Assembly: GCA_030526225.1 (NCBI GenBank)
Contig: JAUNDF010000010.1
Coordinates: 1-32,000 of the forward strand
Source of the DNA: Clostridia bacterium
Lineage (GTDB): Bacteria; Bacillota; Clostridia; Christensenellales; Aristaeellaceae
DNA length: 32,000 nucleotides
Direction of reading: 5' to 3'
Program-made: the position numbers and the translations under genes
Part shown: positions 24,039-32,000 of the stretch, one piece after another
Layout: each line of letters begins with the position of its first letter
Position numbering within the stretch: the first letter of the stretch is position 1
Notes under the pieces: model-generated
The model's database searches: none
Told to the model about the DNA's origin: nothing
What the model saw: only the letters and a program-made list of their open reading frames with translations

Positions 24039-25091
24039 ATGAAAACGCAAGTGCTGGGCCCCGCGCAGGAGAATCTGCAGGCCGCGGCTGAGCTGCTCCG
24101 AAGCGGGCAGCTGGTGGCCTTTCCTACGGAAACGGTGTACGGTCTGGGTGCCAATGCCTTTGACAAGGATGCGGTGCTGTCCATCTTTGCCGCCAAGGAC
24201 CGCCCTGCAGATAATCCCCTGATTGTGCACGTGTGGTGCCGGGAGCAGCTGAAGGACATCTGCGAGGTATCCGAAACGGCAGAAAAGCTGATGGATGCCT
24301 TCTGGCCCGGCCCGCTGACCATCCTGATGCCGCGGAAGGAATCCATCCCCCTGGAGGTGACCGCGGGTCTGCCCACGGTGGCGGTGCGCATGCCCTCCCA
24401 TCCGGTGGCGGCGGCACTGCTGAAGGCTTGCAATGTGCCCGTGGCGGCACCCAGCGCCAATCGCTCCGGCAAGCCCAGCCCCACCTCTGCACGGTATGTG
24501 TATCAGGATATGGATGGCCGCATCCCCATGATTATCGACGGCGGGGACTGCGATGTGGGCCTTGAGTCCACGGTGCTGGATATCGGCCACGGCAAGCCCT
24601 GCATCCTCCGTCCCGGCGGCGTGACCCGGGATATGCTGGAAAAAGTGCTGGGTGAGGTGGATGTGGCCGGCAGCGTACTGCGCCCCCTGCAGCAGGGCGA
24701 GGTGGCCCTGTCCCCCGGCATGCGCTACAAGCACTACGCCCCCAACGGTCAGGTGGTGCTGGTGGAAGGGGAGGAGCAGCAGGTGGTTGGGGCACTGCGC
24801 CGCTTGTGTGAAGAGGCCGCGCAAAACGGTCACAAGAGCTGTGTGATGTGCTTTACCGAGCATGCGGAACAGCTGGCGGATTGCCATCCCTTCGATCTGG
24901 GCAGCATCCATCGCCCGGAGGAGACCGCCCGCTGTCTGTTTGATACCCTGCGCCGGCTGGATGACGTGGGCATGGATGCCATCTTCAGCGAGGTACTGCC
25001 CCCCGAGGGTATCGGCCTTGCGGTGATGAACCGTCTGGGCCGCGCTGCCGGCTTCCATTCCGTGCAGGCGGAGGATATCCTGCGGGACTGA
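24039..25091 (+). CDS. tsaC: L-threonylcarbamoyladenylate synthase (TsaC/Sua5/YwlC type, with a Sua5 C-terminal domain)
   Basis: VAFPTETVYGLGANAFD, KDRPADNPLIVHV, PGPLTIL, APSANRSGKPSPT. Stop TGA. Confidence 0.9.
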   Translation: MKTQVLGPAQENLQAAAELLRSGQLVAFPTETVYGLGANAFDKDAVLSIFAAKDRPADNPLIVHVWCREQLKDICEVSETAEKLMDAFWPGPLTILMPRKESIPLEVTAGLPTVAVRMPSHPVAAALLKACNVPVAAPSANRSGKPSPTSARYVYQDMDGRIPMIIDGGDCDVGLESTVLDIGHGKPCILRPGGVTRDMLEKVLGEVDVAGSVLRPLQQGEVALSPGMRYKHYAPNGQVVLVEGEEQQVVGALRRLCEEAAQNGHKSCVMCFTEHAEQLADCHPFDLGSIHRPEETARCLFDTLRRLDDVGMDAIFSEVLPPEGIGLAVMNRLGRAAGFHSVQAEDILRD

Positions 25092-25160
25092 CGGGAAGGA
25101 AATCACGCCCATACGCGTTATATCATTGAAAAGCAAAGGGAAAGGCAAAGGAGGTGCGGC

Positions 25161-25946
25161 ATGAAGAGAATCATCTGGTTGATGCTGCTTGTGATGCTGC
25201 TTTTGTCCCCTACCGCGCTGGCCGATGATGTTTGCACCGTGGCGGATATCCGCGCGGCTTCGGTGATTACCACCGCCGACAATTACCTGACGCTGTCCAT
25301 CCCCGCCGCTCCCGGGCAGGATGTCACCGTCTCTGTGTATGATGACAGCGGCCTTGTGTGGCAGCAGTGCCGGGAAGGCGTGGCCGGGCCCTACATGACC
25401 GATGAAATCTACCTGAAGGTCAAGGGCGGCGACACCGCGTACCATGTGGCGGTCAATCTGGGCGGCGAGGAGATTGCTTTTGATGTCATTCGGCAGATTG
25501 GCCGGCTGAAGGGCAACGCCGCCTGCACCGATGGCTATCCCATTTCCGGCATGTCCGGCGCGGATACATGGCAGAGAGCCGCCATCATCCCTGCAGCGGA
25601 TGGGGTGACCTATGTGCCTGTGGTGACCGCCAACGGCCGCGAAATCGGTCAGGCTTGCCTGCAGGTTTCCGGCGGACAGCTGACCGTGTTCATCAGCGTA
25701 TATGACGGCGAAACCGCCATCGACAGCGGCGAGGTGCTGGCGGCGCGCTCCCGCGGGGAAGCCGCGGCTCTGGGCCGCAAGCAGTTTTCCGGCATCAGGG
25801 CAGGCTTGGGTCAGCCCGTTGACCTGTCCGGCTGCGGCACTGCGGCGGTATGGGTGAAGCTGAAGGTTTCCTACAACCCGGCCAACGCCGCCCAATATAC
25901 CCCCAATGATGGATACTGGCAGAAGCAGTGGCAGGGGATGGATTAA
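25161..25946 (+). CDS. Secreted hypothetical protein
   Basis: GGAGG RBS. Signal peptide MKRIIWLMLLVMLLLSPTALA. No recognisable family. Stop TAA. Confidence 0.6.
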   Translation: MKRIIWLMLLVMLLLSPTALADDVCTVADIRAASVITTADNYLTLSIPAAPGQDVTVSVYDDSGLVWQQCREGVAGPYMTDEIYLKVKGGDTAYHVAVNLGGEEIAFDVIRQIGRLKGNAACTDGYPISGMSGADTWQRAAIIPAADGVTYVPVVTANGREIGQACLQVSGGQLTVFISVYDGETAIDSGEVLAARSRGEAAALGRKQFSGIRAGLGQPVDLSGCGTAAVWVKLKVSYNPANAAQYTPNDGYWQKQWQGMD

Positions 25947-25950
25947 ATTA

Positions 25951-25984
25951 AGAGGCTGTGAAGTTATCTTTCACAGCCTCTTTT
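25951..25984. terminator. Strong hairpin terminator between convergent genes
   Basis: agaggctgtga (25951-25961) / tcacagcctct (25971-25981) followed by tttt. Confidence 0.75.
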
Positions 25985-26030
25985 CATATGTTTCGTCTTG
26001 TATGATTTGATAAAAGATGGTTTTCTGCGC

Positions 26031-26092
26031 GGTACTCCCTAAGCCTCCCTCCTTGAGGGAGTTGACACGGCTTTGCCGTGACGGAAGGAGGT
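26031..26092. repeat. GC-rich palindromic extragenic element (multi-hairpin, REP-like) abutting the dut stop
   Basis: ctccct/agggag hairpin (26045-26061), cacgg/ccgtg hairpin (26066-26080), and an outer near-complementary pair cctccctcc / ggaaggagg. Confidence 0.45.
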
Positions 26093-26572
26093 TTACTTCT
26101 TCCCCGTAGATCCCATGCCGCCGGTTCTCTCGCCATCGGCTGCATCATCGGTGGTGATGCCGTAGGGCAGGAAGATGCCCTGACAGAAGCGGTCGCCGGC
26201 GGAAAGCACCAGGGGCTTGGGGCCGGGGTTGCGCAGCTTGACCATGATGTGGCCTTCGTTGTCGGCATGGAAGTAGTCGCTGTCAATCACGCCCACGGTG
26301 TTGCTCAATCGCACATCGTACTTGAAGCCGATGGAGCTGCGGGGGAACAGCAGCAGCACCCAGCCGGGCTGCATTTCACAGCGGATGCCCGTGGGAATCA
26401 GCTTGTCCTCCCCGGGGGCAACGGTTACATCCACAGGGGTGACGAAATCATACCCCGCACTGCCGGATGTGGCGCGCCGGGGCAGGGGGATGCTCTCCAC
26501 GGCCATGCTGCCGGGGATGGCATCCATCGCCCATCTGTCGGGGGAAATGTGCATAAATGCTGCAATGCCCAT
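26093..26572 (-). CDS. dut: dUTP diphosphatase
   Basis: ATSGSAGYDF, GVIDSDY and GERTGGMGSTG motifs. The start ATG overlaps the rsmA stop (TAATG). A shorter internal start (MAVESIPLP) is possible. Stop TAA. Confidence 0.85.
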   Translation of the reverse strand: MGIAAFMHISPDRWAMDAIPGSMAVESIPLPRRATSGSAGYDFVTPVDVTVAPGEDKLIPTGIRCEMQPGWVLLLFPRSSIGFKYDVRLSNTVGVIDSDYFHADNEGHIMVKLRNPGPKPLVLSAGDRFCQGIFLPYGITTDDAADGERTGGMGSTGKK

Positions 26573-27423
26573 TATTCAGCGGCCTCCTGTTTGCGGTCAT
26601 AGAGCGCATCGGCGATGCGGCCCAGCTCCTCGAGGGTCAGCTTTTCGCCGCGGATGCGCTCATCCAGCCCGGCGGATTGGATAATGGCGGCGGCATCGGC
26701 CCGCTCCATGCGGAAGGTGGCGCACAGGTTGTTGAGCATGGTTTTGCGGCGCAGGGCAAAGGCGGCGCCGGCCACCCGGAAGAAGGTGTCCTCATCCTTC
26801 GCGGCAACAGCGGGTGTTTCCCGAACGGGCAGCACCACAAAGGCGCTGTCCACCTTGGGCGGCGGGGTGAAGCAGGCGGCGGGCACATCCAGCGCCAGAT
26901 AGGGGTCGCAGTAGTACTGGGCGCGCACGGCCAGCATGCCCCAGCCATCATCCCCGGGTTTTGCGAGGATTTTGTCGGCCACTTCCTTCTGCACCATAAA
27001 AGCCAGCCGCTTCATGGGCAGGCCGGAGTTGAGCAGCATGGTAATCAGCGGGGTGGTGATGTAATAGGGGATGTTGGCCACCACGGAGAAGGGCTTGTCC
27101 ATGTGGCTTGTCAGCTCGTGGAGATTCTGCTGCATCACATCGCCCTGCACAAGGGTGAAGTTTTTGTACTCGGCCATGAAGGCGCCCAGCAGGGGAATCA
27201 GCCGCTCATCCAGCTCCACGGAGAGCACGCTCTTGGCCCGGCGGCACAGGTGCTTGGTCAGGTTGCCGCTGCCGGGGCCGATTTCCAGCACATCATCGGT
27301 TTCATCCACCCCGGAAAGCTCTGCCAGAGAGGCCAGCAGGTCCTCGTCATAAATAAAGTTCTGTCCCAGCCCGTGCTTGTAGTTCAGCTGGCTGTCGCGG
27401 ATTCGTTCCTTCGTTTTGCTCAT
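26572..27423 (-). CDS. rsmA: 16S rRNA (adenine1518/1519-N6)-dimethyltransferase RsmA/KsgA
   Basis: The start was moved to MSKTKERIRDSQLNYKHGLGQNFI. SAM motif VLEIGPGSGNLT, then VANIPYYITTP. Stop TAA. Confidence 0.9.
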   Translation of the reverse strand: MSKTKERIRDSQLNYKHGLGQNFIYDEDLLASLAELSGVDETDDVLEIGPGSGNLTKHLCRRAKSVLSVELDERLIPLLGAFMAEYKNFTLVQGDVMQQNLHELTSHMDKPFSVVANIPYYITTPLITMLLNSGLPMKRLAFMVQKEVADKILAKPGDDGWGMLAVRAQYYCDPYLALDVPAACFTPPPKVDSAFVVLPVRETPAVAAKDEDTFFRVAGAAFALRRKTMLNNLCATFRMERADAAAIIQSAGLDERIRGEKLTLEELGRIADALYDRKQEAAE

Positions 27424-27511
27424 GGTCAATCCCTCTTCCTTCAGGATGGGTCTATTATAGCATATTCCCGGGGAAAATGGCAAATCGGATGCGCCATCCT
27501 GTCTGATTCTG

Positions 27512-27539
27512 TTGATTTTTTGTCATTGTCTGGTATAAT
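27512..27539 (+). promoter_or_regulatory. Candidate sigma-A promoter (extended -10) for the CoA-transferase operon
   Basis: TTGATT (27512-27517), 16-nt spacer ending in TGg, TATAAT (27534-27539). Confidence 0.5.
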
Positions 27540-27605
27540 ATTCTTTGTGCTGTTTTTTTATGAATACATCACAAACCAATGAACGGAAGAAAAGGAATTG
27601 TTTGA

Positions 27606-29132
27606 ATGTTTCAGGTGATGACCCCCGATGAGGCTGTCAGCTTAATCCGCGACGGCGATTGTATCTGTGTCAACTCCTTTGTGGGGATTGAGAACCCCGT
27701 TGAGCTGCATGAGGCCATTTATCGCCGCTACAAGGCCACCGGCTCCCCCAGCAACCTGACCATGGTGTCCAGTGCCGGCTTTGGCGTGTGGGATGACAGC
27801 AGAGCCGCCGAGAGCTACATCCGGGATGGTGCCGTGTCCAAGCTGATTTGCGGCCATTTCGGGGCCATGCTCAATACAAAAAAGATTGTGCTGGAGGACC
27901 GCTTTGAGGCGTACAACCTGCCTCTGGGCTGCATCTCCCATGCCATCCGGGCGCAGGCCGGCGGCATACCCGGCGCGCTGAGCAAGGTGGGCCTGGATGT
28001 GTTTGTGGATCCCCGGCTGGAGGGCCCCGGCATCAACAACATCTCCAAGGATCAGAGCCTTGTGAAGCTGGTGGAGGTGGATGGGGAGGAGTTCCTCTAC
28101 TACAAGCTCCCCCGGCTGAAGGTCGCCCTGATTCGCGGCACTGCCGCCGACCGCAAGGGCAACATTTCCTTTGATGATATGTACATGGCCGGCGATGCAT
28201 TGTCCATCTGTCAGGCGGTGAAGGCCAACCACGGCAAGGTCATCGTGCAGGTGGACCGGCTGATTAACACCCCTTCCCGCCCCAGAAACACCGTGATTCC
28301 CGGCTGCCTTGTGGATGCCATTGTGCCCGTGGAGTCAGAAAAGCGCCACGCTGTGTTCAATTCCCTTACCGGCAGCTTTGAGATTCCCCCCAAGGACTGG
28401 TTCGACTGGTACGAAATGCTGGAGCCCTTCACCGTGAAAAAGAAGGTGACCAGCATGGCCAACGAGATTATCGGCAGCCGCGCCGCCAAAGAGCTGAAGA
28501 ACGGCGACATCGTCAATATCGGCATCGGCATTCCGGAAAACATTTCCCGCTACGCCAAGAAAAACGGTGTGCTGGACCATGTGACCCTGACAGTGGAATC
28601 CGGCGGCGTGGGCGGCTTCCCGGCCTCCGGCACCGTGTTCGGCGCCATGATCGGTGCCACCTCCGTGTACGATATGTCCTTCCAGTTCGACCTGTACAAC
28701 AACGGCGGTCTGGATATCTGCTTCATGGGCGGCCTTGAGGTGGACCGGCACGGCAACGTGAATGCCCATCGCGGCCCCGGCGCCTTCTCCGGCATCGGCG
28801 GCTTTGCCAACATCACCGCCAAAACCCCCACCGTGGTCTTCTGCCTCACCTTCAACACCAAGGGCCTTGATGTGACCTGCGCCGATGATAAGGTGCAGAT
28901 TCTCTCCGAGGGCTCCATCCCCAAGTTTGTGGAGGAGGTGCGCTCGGTCAGCTTCTCTGCCAAGCGGGCGCTGGAAAACCATCAGCGGGTGCTGTATGTC
29001 ACCGAACGGTGCGTATTCGAGCTGACCCCCAAGGGCTTGCGCCTGTGCGAGGTTTATCCCGGTGTGGATGCCCAGCGCGACATCCTCAGCCAGCTGCCCT
29101 TCCACGTGATTTATGAGGGAGGTGACTGCTGA
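27606..29132 (+). CDS. Family-I acyl-CoA:acetate/3-ketoacid CoA-transferase (YdiF/Pct-like, fused alpha-beta)
   Basis: 508 aa. N-terminal DGDCICVNSF...ICGHFG, and the ESGG motif (LTVESGGVGG) carrying the catalytic Glu typical of family-I CoA-transferases. Stop TGA overlaps the next ATG. Confidence 0.82.
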   Translation: MFQVMTPDEAVSLIRDGDCICVNSFVGIENPVELHEAIYRRYKATGSPSNLTMVSSAGFGVWDDSRAAESYIRDGAVSKLICGHFGAMLNTKKIVLEDRFEAYNLPLGCISHAIRAQAGGIPGALSKVGLDVFVDPRLEGPGINNISKDQSLVKLVEVDGEEFLYYKLPRLKVALIRGTAADRKGNISFDDMYMAGDALSICQAVKANHGKVIVQVDRLINTPSRPRNTVIPGCLVDAIVPVESEKRHAVFNSLTGSFEIPPKDWFDWYEMLEPFTVKKKVTSMANEIIGSRAAKELKNGDIVNIGIGIPENISRYAKKNGVLDHVTLTVESGGVGGFPASGTVFGAMIGATSVYDMSFQFDLYNNGGLDICFMGGLEVDRHGNVNAHRGPGAFSGIGGFANITAKTPTVVFCLTFNTKGLDVTCADDKVQILSEGSIPKFVEEVRSVSFSAKRALENHQRVLYVTERCVFELTPKGLRLCEVYPGVDAQRDILSQLPFHVIYEGGDC

Positions 29133-29500
29133 TGGAGCTGCAGGTGCTGCCCTGTGACCTGTCCGTGTGCAAGGTGACGGATTATGCTCAGGTGGATTGG
29201 TCCGCGCCCTTCACCTTTACGGGCTATACGGACGAGGAGTACTCGCTGGTATGCCCCGCATCCGCTGTGCCGGATAACACCACCCATCGGGAGGATGGCT
29301 GGCGCGGCTTCCGTATCGTGGGTACGCTGGATTTCTCCCTGGTGGGCATTTTGGCCAGAATCGCCTCTCTGCTGGCGGAAAACGGCATCTCCATCTTTGC
29401 CCTGTCCACCTTTAATACCGACTATGTGCTGATGAAAGCGGATGCATTTGACCGTGCGCTGGCTGTGCTGCGGGAGAATGGATATGCTGTAAAGGGATAA
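29132..29500 (+). CDS. ACT-domain protein (ACT_7-like)
   Basis: 122 aa. GFRIVGTLDFSLVGILARIASLLAENGISIFALSTFNTDYVLMK is an ACT-fold pattern. Translationally coupled to the CoA-transferase. Stop TAA. Confidence 0.72.
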   Translation: MELQVLPCDLSVCKVTDYAQVDWSAPFTFTGYTDEEYSLVCPASAVPDNTTHREDGWRGFRIVGTLDFSLVGILARIASLLAENGISIFALSTFNTDYVLMKADAFDRALAVLRENGYAVKG

Positions 29501-29540
29501 AAAAGAAGCTGTGAAAGAACGCTCTTCACAGCCTTACAAA

Positions 29541-29692
29541 GGACCTCTTCCGCCCCTTCGGGGCACCTTCCCCAGCGGGGAAGGTTTTTTAATTTGTCTC
29601 AAATTTCAACCATATGTGATAAGTGCATCATGACCTTCCCCGCTGGGGAAGGTGGATGAGCGCAGCGAAGTCGGAAGAGGTCTTCCGGGGCA
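29541..29692. repeat. MITE-like or REP-pair element: imperfect ~45-nt inverted arms around a 49-nt AT-rich core
   Basis: The reverse complement of the left arm (29541-29584) is ccttccccgctggggaaggtg-ccccgaagggg-cggaagaggtcc. The right arm (from 29634) is ccttccccgctggggaaggtg-gatgagcgcagcgaagt-cggaagaggtc. They share 21 nt plus 11 nt exactly. Confidence 0.5.
29566..29590 (+). terminator. Rho-independent terminator of the CoA-transferase/ACT operon, embedded in the left repeat arm
   Basis: ccttcccc / agc loop / ggggaagg followed by tttttt. Confidence 0.7.
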
Positions 29693-29730
29693 TTTTCCAT
29701 TCACTGCCTTTTTCCCAACCCCTTTTTTCT

Positions 29731-30258
29731 TTACAAATTATCCCAGTCATACTTCACTGCAGGCCGTTCCCACAGCACGGGCTGATGGGCTGCAAGGCTC
29801 TTTCGGACATCCAGCAACCGCTGATTGCGGCTGCCGCAGTACAGCAGGTCCAGCGAGCGCTGACGAAGCAGAAAGGGGCCGTCCACCAGCACATCCACCG
29901 CTTCCAGCAGGGCCATGCGGGCGGGCTCATGTTCCGCAAGCAGTGCTTCCAGCGTATAGCCGGTGTAGCACCACACATTCAGCCCCATCAGTCGGGCTTC
30001 ACGGGCCAGCAGCAGGCAGGCCTCCGGCTGACACATGGGCTCACCGCCGGAAAGAGTGATGCCGTCCAGCAGGGGATTGGCGCGGATTTGCCGCAGAATG
30101 TCCCCGGTATCCGTCAGGCGGCCGCCGGAAAAATCATGGCTGTCAGGATTGTGGCAGCCGGGGCAGTGATGGGGACACCCCTGCACAAACACCGTCAGCC
30201 GGTTGCCCGGGCCATCCACAATGGAATCGTTGACAATCCCCGCAATGCGAATTTCCAT
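29731..30258 (-). CDS. nrdG: Anaerobic ribonucleoside-triphosphate reductase activating protein (radical SAM)
   Basis: DSIVDGPGNRLTVFVQGCPHHCPGCHNP contains the CxxxCxxC cluster motif, followed by GITLSGGEP. Stop TAA. Confidence 0.9.
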   Translation of the reverse strand: MEIRIAGIVNDSIVDGPGNRLTVFVQGCPHHCPGCHNPDSHDFSGGRLTDTGDILRQIRANPLLDGITLSGGEPMCQPEACLLLAREARLMGLNVWCYTGYTLEALLAEHEPARMALLEAVDVLVDGPFLLRQRSLDLLYCGSRNQRLLDVRKSLAAHQPVLWERPAVKYDWDNL

Positions 30259-30276
30259 TATTATTCACCGACCACT

Positions 30277-32000
30277 TCATTGAATGCCGTGTTTGACACG
30301 GTCGTGCTCCTCTGCCCGCTTGGCATCGTTGAAGCGGTCCAGCGTGCCCACCAGATAGCCGGTGATGCGGCGGATGCGCTCAAAGGGGCGGTTGTCTTCC
30401 GTGCGGTGGCAGAGGGGGCATTCATCGCCGATGATGCCGTTGTAGCCGCACAGGGGGTCGCGGTCCACGGGATGGTTGATGGAACCGTAGCCGATGCCCT
30501 TGTCATGCATGCAGCGCACAATCTTCTCAAAGGCATCAAGGTTCTTCAGCGGATCGCCGTCCATTTCCACATAGCTGATGTGGCCGCCGTTGGTCAATGC
30601 GTGATAGGGGGCTTCAATCTCCAGCTTGTGGAAGGCGGAGCAGGGGTAATATACCGGCACATGGAAGCTGTTGGTGTAGTAATCCCGGCCGGTGACCCCG
30701 GGGATGATGCCGAACTTCTCCTTGTCCATGCGCACAAAGCGGCCGGAAAGGCCCTCGGCAGGGGTGGCGATGAGGGAGTAATTCAGCCCCTTCTCCTGTG
30801 CCAACTTGTCGGTAAAAGCGCGCATGGCGGAGATGATCTCCAGACCCAGCTGCTGGCTTTCATCGCTTTCACCGTGATGCTTGCCGGTCAGCGCCACCAG
30901 CGTTTCCGCCAGACCGATAAAGCCGATGGTCAGCGTGCCGTGCTTGAGCACCTCGCCGATGGTGTCGTTCCAGTCGAGGCCCTCGCTGTCCAGCCATACG
31001 CCCTCACCCATGAGGAAGGGGAAGTTCTTCACCTTCTTTTTGGAGATGATGGCCAGGCGCTCATCCAGCTGGGCAGCCACCAGCTCCATCTTGCGGTGCA
31101 GCTCCTCAAAGAACCATTTCTTGTCCCCGTTGGCCTTGATGGCAATGCGGGGGAGGTTGATGGAGGTGAAGGACAGGTTGCCCCGGCGGGGTGCTGTCTC
31201 GCGTGATTTATCGTAGACATTGCCCATTACCCGGGTGCGGCAGCCCATGTAGGCGATTTCCGTTTCGGGGTGGCCGGGCTTGTAGTACTGCAGATTAAAG
31301 GGCGCATCAATGAAGGAGAAATTGGGGAACAGCCGCTTGGCGCTGGTGCGGATGGCCAGCCGGTACAAATCGTAGTTGGGCTCACCGGGGTTGAAGTTGA
31401 TGCCCTCTTTGACGCGGAAAATCTGGATGGGGAAGATGGGTGTCTCGCCGCCGCCAAGGCCTGCCTCTGTGGCGTAGAGCAGATTGCGCACCACCATGCG
31501 GCCCTCGGGGGAGGTATCCGTGCCGTAGTTGATGGAGGAGAAGGGCACCTGGGCACCGGCGCGGCTGTGCATGGTGTTCAGGTTGTGAATCAGCGCCTCC
31601 ATGGCCTGATAGGTAGCCTTGTCCGTTTCCTTCAGGGCATGGCTGTGGCTGAAGGTGAGGATGTGCTCGGCGGTGGCTTCGTCCGTCTTTTCCAGCAGCA
31701 GGGCCTTCAGGGCGGCACGTGCTTCGGGGGCTTCATCCACCGCGGGCAGAAGGTTCTTTTCGGTCAGGGCTTCCATGAAAAGGGCGGCGGATTCCTCCGC
31801 GCGGTCATCATCAAGGAGCAGCTCCAGGGCGCGGGCAAGGTTCAGCTTGTAGCGCTTGAGGAAAGTCTTTTTTACGCCGGGGGCCATGCCGTAGTCAAAG
31901 TCCACAATGCTCTGGCCGCCGTGCTGGTCATTCTGGTTGGACTGGATGGCGATGCAGGCCAGGGCGGCATAGCTGGCGATATCGTTGGGCTCCCGCAGGG
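30277..32000 (-). CDS. nrdD: Anaerobic ribonucleoside-triphosphate reductase (class III), with the 5' end beyond the window
   Basis: The frame stays open to position 32000; upstream of the GTG at 31905 it reads ...SNQNDQHGGQSIVDFDYG. C-terminal Zn-ribbon CPLCHRTED and glycyl-radical motif RRITGYLVG. Stop TGA at 30277-30279. Confidence 0.92.
   Translation of the reverse strand, partial: LREPNDIASYAALACIAIQSNQNDQHGGQSIVDFDYGMAPGVKKTFLKRYKLNLARALELLLDDDRAEESAALFMEALTEKNLLPAVDEAPEARAALKALLLEKTDEATAEHILTFSHSHALKETDKATYQAMEALIHNLNTMHSRAGAQVPFSSINYGTDTSPEGRMVVRNLLYATEAGLGGGETPIFPIQIFRVKEGINFNPGEPNYDLYRLAIRTSAKRLFPNFSFIDAPFNLQYYKPGHPETEIAYMGCRTRVMGNVYDKSRETAPRRGNLSFTSINLPRIAIKANGDKKWFFEELHRKMELVAAQLDERLAIISKKKVKNFPFLMGEGVWLDSEGLDWNDTIGEVLKHGTLTIGFIGLAETLVALTGKHHGESDESQQLGLEIISAMRAFTDKLAQEKGLNYSLIATPAEGLSGRFVRMDKEKFGIIPGVTGRDYYTNSFHVPVYYPCSAFHKLEIEAPYHALTNGGHISYVEMDGDPLKNLDAFEKIVRCMHDKGIGYGSINHPVDRDPLCGYNGIIGDECPLCHRTEDNRPFERIRRITGYLVGTLDRFNDAKRAEEHDRVKHGIQ

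Overview
The window looks like a chromosomal segment of a high-GC, anaerobic, Gram-positive-type bacterium, probably Clostridia (Oscillospiraceae-like). That assignment is inferred from gene content, AGGAGG-type ribosome binding sites and extended -10 promoters. Genes are mostly on the + strand. In order they are: the C-terminal part of a PrsA/PpiC-like isomerase, tRNA-Thr(GGU), a Mop molybdopterin-binding protein behind a structured leader, a ~1.5 kb AT-rich island with a BspA-type leucine-rich-repeat (LRR) protein, a BFD-like/Dabb gene pair, flotillin, and two secreted hypotheticals. Next come an exported FMN-bind/FAD reductase divergent from a LysR regulator, recD2-comFC, a GNAT, aspartate kinase, a TauE exporter, and an anti-sigma-like gene with a SigF/G-type sigma factor. 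Then an HlyD-like protein, the division-cluster tail yggS-sepF-yggT-ylmH-divIVA, DUF1385-prmC-tsaC, dut and rsmA (- strand), a CoA-transferase plus ACT protein, and nrdG-nrdD (- strand, nrdD runs off the window). The main observation is 15 in-frame TAG codons in six otherwise intact genes: recD2, the sigma factor, the HlyD-like gene, ylmH, prmC and the LRR gene. There are no frameshifts and no in-frame TAA or TGA, and conserved motifs lie downstream of the TAGs. None of the 31 complete CDS I call in the window ends in TAG alone (17 TAA, 14 TGA; the LRR gene ends TAG-TAA). This fits reassignment of UAG from stop to sense in a cellular genome. Three sites at conserved positions suggest Glu, but Gln is not excluded. 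prfA (RF1) is absent next to prmC. No CUA-anticodon tRNA, CRISPR array, transposase or prophage gene was seen in the window.
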